In this document: one piece after another, positions 39,405-48,905 of the stretch
Numbering within the stretch: the first letter of the stretch is position 1
Layout: each line of letters begins with the position of its first letter
NCBI GenBank assembly: GCA_035550655.1
Contig: DASZOU010000023.1
Coordinates: 26,416-90,415, forward strand
DNA from: Mycobacteriales bacterium
GTDB lineage: Bacteria; Actinomycetota; Actinomycetes; JAFAQI01
Direction: 5' to 3'
DNA length: 64,000 nucleotides
Made by a program: the position numbers and the translations under genes
Notes under the pieces: model-generated
What the model was told of the DNA's origin: nothing
Database searches by the model: none
What the model saw: only the letters and a program-made list of their open reading frames with translations

Positions 39405-40606
39405 TGCTCGAGCAGCTCGAGGGATCCGCCGCGGTTGCCGCGGTCGTGGCTCGATGCCGTCCGGCCGTTGTCTGTGCCTACCCGATCACGCCCCAGACGC
39501 ACATCGTCGAGGCGTTGAGCCGCATGGTCGCGAGCGGCTCGCTCGAGGGTTGCGAGTTCATCAACGTCGAGTCCGAGTTCGCAGCGATGTCCGTCGCCAT
39601 CGGCGCATCCGCCACCGGGGCTCGGGCGTACACCGCTACCGCCTCCCAGGGTCTGCTCTACATGGCCGAGGCGCTGTACAACGCGGCCGGTCTCGGCCTG
39701 CCGGTCGTCATGACGGTCGCCAACCGGGCGATCGGCGCCCCGATCAACATCTGGAACGACCACAGCGACTCGATGTCGCAACGTGACTGCGGCTGGCTGC
39801 AGCTGTTCGCGGAGGACAACCAGCAGGCGGTCGACCTGCATGCACAGGCCTTCCGGATCGCGGAGGAGCTCTCGCTGCCGGTGATGGTGTGCATGGACGG
39901 GTTCGTGCTCACCCACGCCTACGAGCAGGTCGAGGTGCCCACCGCCGAGCAGATCGATGCGTTCCTTCCGCCGTTCCAGCCGCGACAGGTGCTCGACCCG
40001 CAGGCGCCGCTCACGATCGGGGCGATGGTCGGACCTGAGGCATTCACCGAAGTCCGCTACCTGGCGCACGAGGCCCATCGGCGCGCGCTGGACCTCATCC
40101 CCGAGATCGGACGCCGGTACGAACAGGCGACCGGCCACTCGGGCGCCCAGCTGCTGACCACCTATCGGGCATCGGACGCCGACACGCTCGTCGTCGCTCT
40201 GGGCTCCGTCCTCGGAACGCTGAAGGACGTCGTCGACGTCCGGCGCGACGATGGCCACCGGGTCGGGCTGATCGGCGTGACGTCGTACCGGCCGTTCCCC
40301 GCGACCGCGCTGCGCGCGGCCGTCGGCGCCGCCAGCCGCATCGTCGTGATCGAGCGGTCGCTCGCTCCGGGCAGCGGAGAAACCGTCACGACCGATGTGC
40401 GCTCGGCGCTTGCAGGGACCGACATCGAACTCCACACCGTCGTCGCCGGCCTCGGCGGCCGTCCGATCCGTGCTGCATCGCTTGGAGAGATGCTCGAAGC
40501 AGCAAGCGCCGGGACGCTCCCCGCGCTGAGCTTCCTCGACCTCGACCGCGACAGCCTGAAGGCGCAGCTGCACAGCACGCCGCTCCTGGTGGGTGACCTG
40601 CCATGA
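39404..40606 (+). CDS. porA: Pyruvate/2-oxoacid:ferredoxin oxidoreductase alpha subunit
   Basis: YPITPQT, VESEFAAMS, TASQGL, NIWNDHSD. Confidence 0.9.
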   Translation: MLEQLEGSAAVAAVVARCRPAVVCAYPITPQTHIVEALSRMVASGSLEGCEFINVESEFAAMSVAIGASATGARAYTATASQGLLYMAEALYNAAGLGLPVVMTVANRAIGAPINIWNDHSDSMSQRDCGWLQLFAEDNQQAVDLHAQAFRIAEELSLPVMVCMDGFVLTHAYEQVEVPTAEQIDAFLPPFQPRQVLDPQAPLTIGAMVGPEAFTEVRYLAHEAHRRALDLIPEIGRRYEQATGHSGAQLLTTYRASDADTLVVALGSVLGTLKDVVDVRRDDGHRVGLIGVTSYRPFPATALRAAVGAASRIVVIERSLAPGSGETVTTDVRSALAGTDIELHTVVAGLGGRPIRAASLGEMLEAASAGTLPALSFLDLDRDSLKAQLHSTPLLVGDLP

Positions 40607-41607
40607 CGGCGACGCCGGTGAAGTTCTACCAAGTCGGCAGCCATGCCGTGGGCAACCGGCTGCTGCCACCCGAGCTGCAGTCGGTCCAGTCCGATACCGA
40701 ACGCGCCAACGCGCTGACCTGCGGCCATCGGGCCTGCCAGGGCTGCGGCGAGGCGCTGGGCGCGAGGTACGCCCTCGACACCGCTCTTGAAGTCACCGGC
40801 GGCAACCTCGTCGTGGTGAACGCGACCGGTTGCCTCGAGGTCTTCACGACGCCGTACCCGGAATCCGCCTGGCAGGTTCCCTGGCTGCACTCGCTGTTCG
40901 GCAACGCGGCCGCCGTCGCGACGGGCGTCGCCGCCGCGCTGCGGGCGCAGGGACGGAGTGACATTCGCGTCGTCGCGCAGGGCGGTGACGGCGGCACGGT
41001 CGACATCGGTTTCGCCTGCTTGTCCGGGATGTTCGAACGCAACGACGACGTTCTCTACATCTGCTACGACAACGAGGGCTACATGAACACCGGGGTGCAG
41101 CGCTCCGCGGCGACGCCGCCAGCGGCCCGGACGGCGACGACGCCCGCGAGCGACACTCAGCCGGGCAACCGCTTCGGCCAGGGCAAGGACGTCCCCGCGA
41201 TCGCGATGGCCCATCGGATCCCCTACGTGGCAACCGCAACCGTCGCGAACCTGCGAGACCTCGAGTCGAAGGTCCGCCGGGCGATGCAGCTGCGCGGCGC
41301 TCGTTACCTGCACGTCCTGGTGCCGTGTCCGCTCGGTTGGGAGACGGGCTCGAACGAGACGATCCACATTGCCCGGCTCGCGACCCAGACCGGACTGTTC
41401 CCCGTCTTCGCGGCCGAGGACGGCAAGGTCGTCGACGTCACTCCGATCCGCCGCCTCACTCCTGTCACCGAGTATCTCGAGGCCCAGGGTCGTTACTCGC
41501 ACTTGTTCTCCCCGCACCGTCGCGACGACATCATCGCGCGCCTCCAAGCGGCGGCCGACGAGAACATCGCTCGCTACAACCTCGTCCGGGACGGCCAGCG
41601 ATCATGA
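40603..41607 (+). CDS. porB: Pyruvate/2-oxoacid:ferredoxin oxidoreductase beta subunit (TPP)
   Basis: GHRACQGC, GGDGG...YDNEGYMNTG, PCPLGW. Confidence 0.9.
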   Translation: MTATPVKFYQVGSHAVGNRLLPPELQSVQSDTERANALTCGHRACQGCGEALGARYALDTALEVTGGNLVVVNATGCLEVFTTPYPESAWQVPWLHSLFGNAAAVATGVAAALRAQGRSDIRVVAQGGDGGTVDIGFACLSGMFERNDDVLYICYDNEGYMNTGVQRSAATPPAARTATTPASDTQPGNRFGQGKDVPAIAMAHRIPYVATATVANLRDLESKVRRAMQLRGARYLHVLVPCPLGWETGSNETIHIARLATQTGLFPVFAAEDGKVVDVTPIRRLTPVTEYLEAQGRYSHLFSPHRRDDIIARLQAAADENIARYNLVRDGQRS

Positions 41608-43232
41608 CCGAGAAGCCGTTCGCCATCACGCTCGACGTCGCGACGAGCCTCACGAACCGCACCGGAGCGTGGCGAACCGAGCGACCCTTCTACATCGAGC
41701 TGATGCCACCCTGCAACGACGCATGTCCCGCGGGGCAGAACATCCAGCGTTGGCTCTACGACGCGGAGTCCGGAGACTACGAGCCGTCGTGGCGGCAGAT
41801 CATGGCGGACAACCCGCTGCCGGCTGTCATGGGCCGGATCTGCTACCACCCGTGCGAGACCGCGTGCAACCGCGGCCGGCTCGACGAATCAGTGGGCATC
41901 CACTCCGTGGAGCGGTTCCTCGGCGATGAGGCGATCAAGCAGGGCTGGACGATTCCGCTGGAGGCGACGCCGAGCGGCAAGCGCGTGCTCGTTGTCGGAT
42001 CGGGGCCCTGTGGCCTGTCCGCGGCGTACCACCTTCGCCGGCTCGGCCACGAGGTCGTGCTGGCCGACGCCGAGGCCGACCTCGGCGGCATGATGCGCTA
42101 CGGGATTCCGCAGTACCGGCTGCCGCGCGACGTTCTGGACGCTGAGATCGCCCGGATCGTCGACCTGGGCGTCACCGTGCGGACGAGCTGCCGCATCGAC
42201 GACCTCGACGCCGCCGCCAGGGCTGAAGGCGCGGACGCGGTCCTGCTCGCGATCGGCGCGCAGGTCGGCCGCCATGCCGACATCCCTGCCGGTGACTCCG
42301 CCCGGATCATCGACGCGCTCGCGCTTCTTCATCAGACCAACGCGACCGACTCACCGCCGCAGATCGGCCGTCGGGTCGTCGTGTACGGCGGGGGCAACAC
42401 CGCGATGGATGCCGCCCGCACCGCCAAACGGCTCGGCGCGACCGACAGCGTCATCGTGTACCGCCGCGACAGAGAGCACATGCCGGCACACGACGAGGAC
42501 CTCGAGGCGGCGCTCGCCGAAGGCGTACAGCTGCGCTGGCTGTCGACGATCTCGGCCGCCGACGAGGGGCGCATCACCGTCGAGAAGATGCGTCTCGACG
42601 AGAGCGGCTTCCCGCAGCCGACCGGCGAGCTGGAACACCTCGACGCCGACACGGTCGTGCTGGCACTCGGACAGCAGGTCGACCTCGGGCTGCTCGACAA
42701 TCTCGAGGGGGTCGAAACCGACGACGGAGTGGTCGTCGTCGGACCCGACCAGATGACCGGCCACGCCGGCGTCTTCGCGGGCGGTGACATGACGGCGGGC
42801 GCCCGCACCGCCACCACAGCCGTCGGGCACGGCAAGAACGCGGCTCGGCGAATCGACGCGTGGCTACGAGGGACGAACTACGTCCACACCCCGGCAACTC
42901 CCATCGCCACCGCGGAGCGGCTGAACACCTGGTACTACTCCGACGCGCCCGCAGCCGTGCAGCCGCAGCTGGAGGCGGCGCGACGCGCCTCGAGCTTCGA
43001 CGAGATCGCCAAGGGCCTCGACGAGGGGACAGCACTGTTCGAGGCCCGGCGTTGCCTGTCCTGCGGTAACTGCTTCGGCTGCGACAACTGCTACGGCGTC
43101 TGCCCCGACAACGCGGTGATCAAGCTCGGCGACGGCAGCTACGAGTTCGACCTCGACCACTGCAAGGGCTGCGGCTTGTGCGCCGCCGAGTGCCCGTGCG
43201 GGGCCATCGAGATGGGCCCGGACGCGTCTTGA
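41604..43232 (+). CDS. GltD/SudA-type FAD/NAD(P)H oxidoreductase fused to a C-terminal 2x[4Fe-4S] (PorD-like) domain
   Basis: CNDACP, CYHPCETAC, GSGPCG, GGGNTAMD, AGGD; CFGCDNCYGVCP and CKGCGLCAAECP. Confidence 0.88.
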   Translation: MTEKPFAITLDVATSLTNRTGAWRTERPFYIELMPPCNDACPAGQNIQRWLYDAESGDYEPSWRQIMADNPLPAVMGRICYHPCETACNRGRLDESVGIHSVERFLGDEAIKQGWTIPLEATPSGKRVLVVGSGPCGLSAAYHLRRLGHEVVLADAEADLGGMMRYGIPQYRLPRDVLDAEIARIVDLGVTVRTSCRIDDLDAAARAEGADAVLLAIGAQVGRHADIPAGDSARIIDALALLHQTNATDSPPQIGRRVVVYGGGNTAMDAARTAKRLGATDSVIVYRRDREHMPAHDEDLEAALAEGVQLRWLSTISAADEGRITVEKMRLDESGFPQPTGELEHLDADTVVLALGQQVDLGLLDNLEGVETDDGVVVVGPDQMTGHAGVFAGGDMTAGARTATTAVGHGKNAARRIDAWLRGTNYVHTPATPIATAERLNTWYYSDAPAAVQPQLEAARRASSFDEIAKGLDEGTALFEARRCLSCGNCFGCDNCYGVCPDNAVIKLGDGSYEFDLDHCKGCGLCAAECPCGAIEMGPDAS

Positions 43233-43264
43233 CCCGCTGACGTCGCCCGATCGTCGTCCCATTC

Positions 43265-43278
43265 GGGACCTTCGCCCT
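43265..43278. promoter_or_regulatory. DosR-like box upstream of the 100-aa hypothetical gene
   Basis: GGGACCTTCGCCCT, one mismatch. Confidence 0.55.
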
Positions 43279-43368
43279 CATTGTTCGCCGTTTCGTTGCT
43301 CGGCTTGCCGCGGAGTGAAACCATGACTCGTACCAGCCGAAGCAGCCGGCTGGGCGGGGAGGCCGGGC

Positions 43369-43671
43369 ATGTCCGGAATGCTGATCAGCATCGATATCGA
43401 CGAGGCCAGCGACAGCTGGGGGTTCGTCGGCGTGGTCAAGGTAGGCGAAGCCGAGGCGTACCGAACCCTGGAGGCGTTTCCATCGGTCTCCGGGGCCGAG
43501 GAGCATGCGCAGGCACTTGTCGCTGGAGTGCTCGGCGAGCTTCTCGCCGGTCAGGAGTGGCGCCACGTCAAAGAGTCCAAGCCCCATGACGGGGCACCCA
43601 CGCGCAAGGACTTTCGACTGGGCTCCTTGTTCCGTCAGGAGACCCCTGTCAGCCGTTCAGCACTACCTTGA
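43369..43671 (+). CDS. Hypothetical 100-aa protein
   Basis: GGGGAGG RBS, globular-looking composition, upstream DosR-like box. Confidence 0.6.
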   Translation: MSGMLISIDIDEASDSWGFVGVVKVGEAEAYRTLEAFPSVSGAEEHAQALVAGVLGELLAGQEWRHVKESKPHDGAPTRKDFRLGSLFRQETPVSRSALP

Positions 43672-44689
43672 GGGCGCCGGAGTTGGCCGCGTCACCGAAC
43701 GTGTCGTAGGCCGCCTCGATGTCGGAGAGCGCGAAGCGGTGCGTCGCGAATGCCGAGGTGTCGAGGTGTCCCGCGCGCAGCAGCCCGAGCAGCTTGGGCG
43801 TGCTGAACGTGTCGACGAGGCCGGTCGTGATCGTCACGTTCTTGATCCACAGCGACTCGAGCGCCAGGGTGGCCGACTTGCCATGGACACCGATGTTGGC
43901 GACTCGACCGCCCGGACGGATCAGCTGGGTGCACAGCTCGAAGCTCTCTGGCACTCCGACCGCCTCGATGGCGACGTCCGCCCCGAGCCCCTCTGTGAGG
44001 ACGTCGATCCGCTCCCGCACGTCGTCGGTGGTGGAGTTGATCACGATGTCGGCACCGAAATGCTTGGCCATCTCCAGTCGCGCATCGGCGAGGTCAACCA
44101 TGATCACGTGCAGCGGGCTGAACAGCCTCGCCGTCATCGCCGCCGCGAGCCCGATCGGGCCGGCTCCGACGATCACAACGGTGTCAGCCGGAGCTACGTG
44201 GCCCTTGAGGACGCCGACCTCGTACGACGTCGGCAAGATGTCCGAGAGCATGACCGCTTGCTCACCGGAGGCACCTGCTGCCAACCGGTAGGTCGAGGTC
44301 TCGGCGAACGGCACTCGCACGTATTCGGCCTGGGTGCCGTCGATGAGGTGACCGAGCACCCAACCGCCGCCGCCGAGGCACTGTCCGTACATCGCCTCGC
44401 GGCAGTATCTGCACCGTCCGCATGAGCTGATGCACGACACCAGGACCCGGTCACCGGGCTGAACGCCGGTCACTGCGCTGCCGATCGCTTCGACCACGCC
44501 GACGGCTTCGTGGCCGAGGATGCGGCCACGCTCGACCTCGGGCACGTCCCCCTTGAGGATGTGCAGGTCGGTGCCGCAGATGGTCGTCGTCTCGACCTTG
44601 ACGATCGCGTCCGTCGCGTCCTGAATCATGGGATCGGGCATCTCGCGCCACGCGCGGCGCCCCGGGCCGTCATAGACAAGTGCATGCAT
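43649..44689 (-). CDS. Zinc-dependent alcohol dehydrogenase (MDR family)
   Basis: ICGTDLH, GHEAVG, CGRCRYCREAMYGQC, GAGPIG. Confidence 0.92.
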   Translation of the reverse strand: MHALVYDGPGRRAWREMPDPMIQDATDAIVKVETTTICGTDLHILKGDVPEVERGRILGHEAVGVVEAIGSAVTGVQPGDRVLVSCISSCGRCRYCREAMYGQCLGGGGWVLGHLIDGTQAEYVRVPFAETSTYRLAAGASGEQAVMLSDILPTSYEVGVLKGHVAPADTVVIVGAGPIGLAAAMTARLFSPLHVIMVDLADARLEMAKHFGADIVINSTTDDVRERIDVLTEGLGADVAIEAVGVPESFELCTQLIRPGGRVANIGVHGKSATLALESLWIKNVTITTGLVDTFSTPKLLGLLRAGHLDTSAFATHRFALSDIEAAYDTFGDAANSGALKVVLNG

Positions 44690-44724
44690 GGCTTCAGTGC
44701 AGACCCAGGCTGATTCACCGGGTA

Positions 44725-44738
44725 GAGCCGAAGGTCCC
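44725..44738 (-). promoter_or_regulatory. DosR-like box upstream of adh
   Basis: Minus strand GGGACCTTCGGCTC, one mismatch, 35 nt before ATG. Confidence 0.6.
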
Positions 44739-44763
44739 GAAGATCTGCGGTGAGCCAGGTCGG

Positions 44764-44808
44764 CCGATGGTCACGGAACCGATGGTCACGGAACCGATGG
44801 TCACAGAA
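44764..44808. repeat. 15-bp tandem repeat x3
   Basis: CCGATGGTCACGGAA x2 + CCGATGGTCACAGAA, then a fourth GGTCAC at 44810. Confidence 0.9.
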
Positions 44809-44938
44809 AGGTCACATCTGGTCGCCCGGGTCCATCGGCCCTATTCTCCGGGACTGAACGCGCGTGATCATCCACCCGATGGTCGACATCTGTCGGCCTG
44901 CAGAGTCGGTAAGACGAACCGAACGGAGAGTCACAGCA

Positions 44939-46216
44939 ATGGCAGCATCCAAATCAGCACTCGGACGTCGGGCCGGCCTCACGGTCGCGGGCGTCGCGAT
45001 GGCGACCGTCGCAGCTGCCTGCGGCAGCAGCAGTAGCGGGGGCGGCACTACCCCCACCAACTCCGCCACGTCCGGTGGCGCCACAGTTCCGTCGGACCTC
45101 AGCGTGTCGTCGTTCGACGTGAGCTTCTCCTACATGTCGAAGCTTCAGCCGCTCACCGCAGCCGGCTCTGGTCTGGTCGGCGTGATCCTTCCCGACACGA
45201 CCTCGTCGACCCGATACGTGGACTTCGATGCGCCGTACCTCAAGAAGGCACTCAAGGCCGCGGGCTACAGCTCATCCGACTTCAAGATCGACAACGCGCA
45301 GGGCAAGGACGAGACAGAGCTCGCTCTGGCGCAGGCCGACATCACGCAGGGAGCGAAGGTCCTCATCTTCGACCCGATCGACAGCACAGTCGGCGGGCAG
45401 GTTGAGCAGCTGGCGGCGTCGCACGGCGTGGCACTCATCAGCTACGACCGAGCCACCTTCACGGGCACGAACACCTACTACGTCAGCTTCGACAACGTCC
45501 AGGTCGGAAAGCTGATCGGACAGGGCTTCAAGGACTGCGTCACCGCTTGGGGTGTAAAGAACCCGAAGGTGTTCACCCTCGACGGCGGCGAGGACACCGA
45601 CCCGAACGCCGTGTCGTTCGCGCAGGGCTACAACTCCGTGATCTGGGGCAACAACAAGACCCCGGAGAAGGCCGGCCTGACGAACAGCGACGGCTACACG
45701 CTCGTCGGCGACAAGATCACCCCAGGATGGGACAACGCCACCGGCCAGACGATCTTCACGCAGCAGTTCACTGCTCACCCGGAGATCAACGCGACGGTCG
45801 AGGCGAACGACGGTCTGGCAAACTCGGTGATCACCGTCCTGAAGAACAAGGGTGTGGGTCCGAACCAGGTCCCGACCACCGGTCAGGACGCGACCATCCA
45901 GGGCATGGGCTGGGTCCTGCAGGGCTACCAGTGCGGATCGGTCTACAAGCCGGTCTACCTGGAGGCCCAGGACGCCGTGGCGCTCGCCACGGTGCTCCGC
46001 GCCGGCAAGACCCCGCCGTCGGGCCTGGTGAACTCCACCACCACGCCACCGAAGGGTGTTTCGGGCAACCAGCAGCCCGCATCGCTGCTGACACCTGTCT
46101 GGGTGACCGCCAAGAACATGAACGACACGGTCATCAGCGACAAGTTCGTGTCCGCAAAGGCCCTCTGCAAGGCAGTCGGCAACGCCGCCTGCACCAAGGC
46201 GGGCATCACCCCGTAA
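44939..46216 (+). CDS. Sugar ABC substrate-binding lipoprotein (XylF/ChvE-like)
   Basis: Lipobox AAAC, SSTRYVDFD, YVSFDNVQVG, TTGQDAT. Confidence 0.85.
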   Translation: MAASKSALGRRAGLTVAGVAMATVAAACGSSSSGGGTTPTNSATSGGATVPSDLSVSSFDVSFSYMSKLQPLTAAGSGLVGVILPDTTSSTRYVDFDAPYLKKALKAAGYSSSDFKIDNAQGKDETELALAQADITQGAKVLIFDPIDSTVGGQVEQLAASHGVALISYDRATFTGTNTYYVSFDNVQVGKLIGQGFKDCVTAWGVKNPKVFTLDGGEDTDPNAVSFAQGYNSVIWGNNKTPEKAGLTNSDGYTLVGDKITPGWDNATGQTIFTQQFTAHPEINATVEANDGLANSVITVLKNKGVGPNQVPTTGQDATIQGMGWVLQGYQCGSVYKPVYLEAQDAVALATVLRAGKTPPSGLVNSTTTPPKGVSGNQQPASLLTPVWVTAKNMNDTVISDKFVSAKALCKAVGNAACTKAGITP

Positions 46217-46235
46217 GCCGGACCGCATGATCAAG

Positions 46236-46280
46236 GTCGCCGTCGGCCGGCTCCGCCAGCAGGAGTCGGCCGGCGGCGAC
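46236..46280 (+). other. Long stem-loop after the SBP gene (mRNA stabiliser or attenuator)
   Basis: GTCGCCGTCGGCCGGCTCC-N7-GGAGTCGGCCGGCGGCGAC. Confidence 0.65.
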
Positions 46281-46305
46281 GGCTACTAGTCCAGAAGGTG
46301 CGGTC

Positions 46306-47106
46306 ATGGCAGACGCAAGACCGGACGAGCCGCTGCTGCGGGTACGCGGGGTCTACAAGAACTTCGGGCCCGTCCAGGCACTCACCGACGTCAACCTCGA
46401 CGTCCCTCGTGGACATGTCACCGCGCTGTGCGGCGACAACGGTGCGGGCAAGTCGGTACTGATCAAGTGCATCTCGGGGATCTACGAACCGGAGCACGGC
46501 CAGCTGTTCTGGGAGGGCAAGCCGACCCGGATCCGCAGGGCACACGAAGCCTCGACCCTCGGCATCGAGACCGTCTACCAGGACCTCGCCCTCGCCGACA
46601 ATCTCGACATCGTCCAGAACATGTTCCTGGGCCGCGAACGGCTACGCCATCGGCTGCTCGACGAGAACGACATGGAGCGCGCAGCGGCACAGACGCTCAA
46701 GGACCTTCGAGTGACGACGGTGCGCTCGATCAGGCAACCGGTCGGCTCGCTGTCCGGCGGCCAGCGACAGTCGGTCGCGGTCGCGAAGGCCGTGATGTGG
46801 AACTCGAAGCTCGTGATCATGGACGAGCCGACCGCCGCCCTGGGCGTCGCCCAGACCACCATGGTCCTCGACCTGATCAGGCGGCTGCGCGACCAGGGCC
46901 TTGCGGTCATGGTCGTGTCCCACAACCTCAATGACGTGTTCGCGGTCGCTGATCGGATCGCGGTGCTCTACCTCGGCCACATGGTCGCCGAGGATGTCGC
47001 CTCGACGTTCGACCGGCAGAGCATCGTCGAGCTCATGACGACCGGCGAGGCCGGCGCCGCCAACCGCGCGTCGGGTGGCGAAAGGACAGCAGATGTCCAC
47101 CGTTAA
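46306..47106 (+). CDS. Sugar ABC ATPase (single domain)
   Basis: GDNGAGKS, ETVYQDLAL, LSGGQRQ, MDEPTAALG. Confidence 0.92.
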   Translation: MADARPDEPLLRVRGVYKNFGPVQALTDVNLDVPRGHVTALCGDNGAGKSVLIKCISGIYEPEHGQLFWEGKPTRIRRAHEASTLGIETVYQDLALADNLDIVQNMFLGRERLRHRLLDENDMERAAAQTLKDLRVTTVRSIRQPVGSLSGGQRQSVAVAKAVMWNSKLVIMDEPTAALGVAQTTMVLDLIRRLRDQGLAVMVVSHNLNDVFAVADRIAVLYLGHMVAEDVASTFDRQSIVELMTTGEAGAANRASGGERTADVHR

Positions 47107-48424
47107 GCCGCCGCCGGACGCCGAGGACCTCACCGCGGCGCCCGAGGAAGCCACGGCCCTCGTTCCCGCCGCCATCGTGGCGCAGACCCTGCCGGACTAC
47201 CTCAAGGCGCTGACCGTACGACTCAAGAGCGGCGAGAGCGGCCTGCTCCCGGTGCTCCTCGGCCTGGTCATCATCACGATCGTCTTTCAGTCGATCAGCC
47301 CCCACCATGTCTTCCTGTCGGCCAACAACCTGGTCAACCTGTTCCAGCAGAGCGCTGTCTTCATGATGCTGGCGATGGCCGAGATCTTCGTGTTGCTGCT
47401 CGGCGAGATCGACCTGTCCATCGGCTACGGCGGCGCCGTCGGCGGCGTGATCGCCGTCCAGCTCGTGCAGCCGGCGACCACGAACTGGCCGTGGGAGGCC
47501 GCGATCGCGGTCGCGCTGCTTTGCTGCGCACTCATCGGCGCGATTCAGGGCACGCTGATCACCCGGTTGCGGCTCCCGGCCTTCATCGTGACCCTCGCCG
47601 GCCTGCTGATCCTCAACGGCCTGCTGCTGATCATCCTCGCTTTCGGCCCGTTCTCCGGATACCCGAGCCTCGCCGGCCAGGGCGCGAACCTGCGCGGCAT
47701 CTACGACCTCATGTGGGGTCACGTGAGCGCGACCGGCGGTTGGATTGCGATGGCCGTCATTGTTGCCGTCCTCGCCGGGATCCAGCTCACCCGCGACGAG
47801 GGCCGGCGGCGCAGCGGCCTGGTGGCGCCACCTCGTGTGCTCACGATCGCCAAGATCGTCGTGATGGCGGGAGTAGGCGTCGCGGTCGTCTTGATCTGCA
47901 ACGTCAACCGGGCCGCAGTCGGCAAGCTCGAGGGCGTGCCGTGGGCGATCTTCATCGTGCTCGGCGTGATGGCGGTCTACACCGTGCTGCTCCAGCGCAC
48001 CCGCTTCGGCCGCTACATGTACGCCATCGGTGGAAACGCCGAGGCCGCCCGACGCGCCGGCATCAACGTCTCACTCATCCGCACCATTGCCTTCGCCCTC
48101 TGCTCGTTCACCGCCGGCATCGCAGGCCTGCTCTATGCGTCGTACCTCGGCGGCATGTCCAACAACGTCAACGGCGGCCAGCTCGTTCTCTACGCGGTGG
48201 CCGCCGCGGTCATCGGCGGCGTCTCGCTCTTCGGCGGCCGGGGCAAGACCGTCGACGGGGTGCTCGGCGGTCTGGTCATCGGCGGGATCTACAACGGCAT
48301 GTACCTGCTCGGTCTGTCCGTCCAGTGGGAGTTCATCGTCACGGGCGGCGTACTGCTCTTCGCTGTGACCGTGGACGCGCTGTCGCGCCGGAGGTCGACA
48401 GCCGGCATCGCCGGCGCCAAGTGA
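47093..48424 (+). CDS. Sugar ABC permease (XylH-like)
   Basis: GEIDLSIG, RTRFGRYMYAIGGNAEAARRAGI, AAAVIGGVSLFGGRG. Confidence 0.9.
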   Translation: MSTVKPPPDAEDLTAAPEEATALVPAAIVAQTLPDYLKALTVRLKSGESGLLPVLLGLVIITIVFQSISPHHVFLSANNLVNLFQQSAVFMMLAMAEIFVLLLGEIDLSIGYGGAVGGVIAVQLVQPATTNWPWEAAIAVALLCCALIGAIQGTLITRLRLPAFIVTLAGLLILNGLLLIILAFGPFSGYPSLAGQGANLRGIYDLMWGHVSATGGWIAMAVIVAVLAGIQLTRDEGRRRSGLVAPPRVLTIAKIVVMAGVGVAVVLICNVNRAAVGKLEGVPWAIFIVLGVMAVYTVLLQRTRFGRYMYAIGGNAEAARRAGINVSLIRTIAFALCSFTAGIAGLLYASYLGGMSNNVNGGQLVLYAVAAAVIGGVSLFGGRGKTVDGVLGGLVIGGIYNGMYLLGLSVQWEFIVTGGVLLFAVTVDALSRRRSTAGIAGAK

Positions 48425-48428
48425 ACAG

Positions 48429-48905
48429 ATGCGTGCTCGTGGTGGCCTCGTCGTAGCAGCCATCCTGTTGTCCAACGGCTGCGGAAGCGGGTCGCAGCTC
48501 GTCGTACGGCCCCCCGCCACCTCGCCACAGGCTTCCCCCTCGAGCCCCTCACCGACGGCGTCCGTGACCATCAACCCGCAGGTCACGGTCACGCCGTCAC
48601 ATCACCTGCACGACGGGCAGATCGTGCACGTGATGGCACGCGGGTTCGGACCCAACCAGTCGCTGGTCACCATCGAGTGCGTCGACCTCGGAAAGAAGAC
48701 CGGCCAGAACTCCTGCAACATCGCCGGTCTCACCGCGTTCGCCGTCGGGCCGGCGGGGACCGGGTCAGGGAGCTTCAAGGTCGACGAGGGTCCGTTCGGG
48801 GCGGACAACCTCTCCTGCACCGGCAAGCATCCGTGCATCGTCTCGGTCAGCCAGGCAACCATCAGCCCCACCCAGACAGCCAGCGCGAGCATCGACTTCG
48901 GCTAG
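48429..48905 (+). CDS. Lipoprotein with neocarzinostatin-apoprotein-like domain
   Basis: LSNGC lipobox, S/P linker, VTVTPSHHLHDGQIVHVMARGF; four Cys spaced like the NCS fold. Confidence 0.75.
   Translation: MRARGGLVVAAILLSNGCGSGSQLVVRPPATSPQASPSSPSPTASVTINPQVTVTPSHHLHDGQIVHVMARGFGPNQSLVTIECVDLGKKTGQNSCNIAGLTAFAVGPAGTGSGSFKVDEGPFGADNLSCTGKHPCIVSVSQATISPTQTASASIDFG

Noticed and set aside
21490-44808. Short repeats (21490, 33280, 44764) as CRISPR arrays
   Set aside because: Too short, tandem or without unique spacers of regular CRISPR size, and no cas genes
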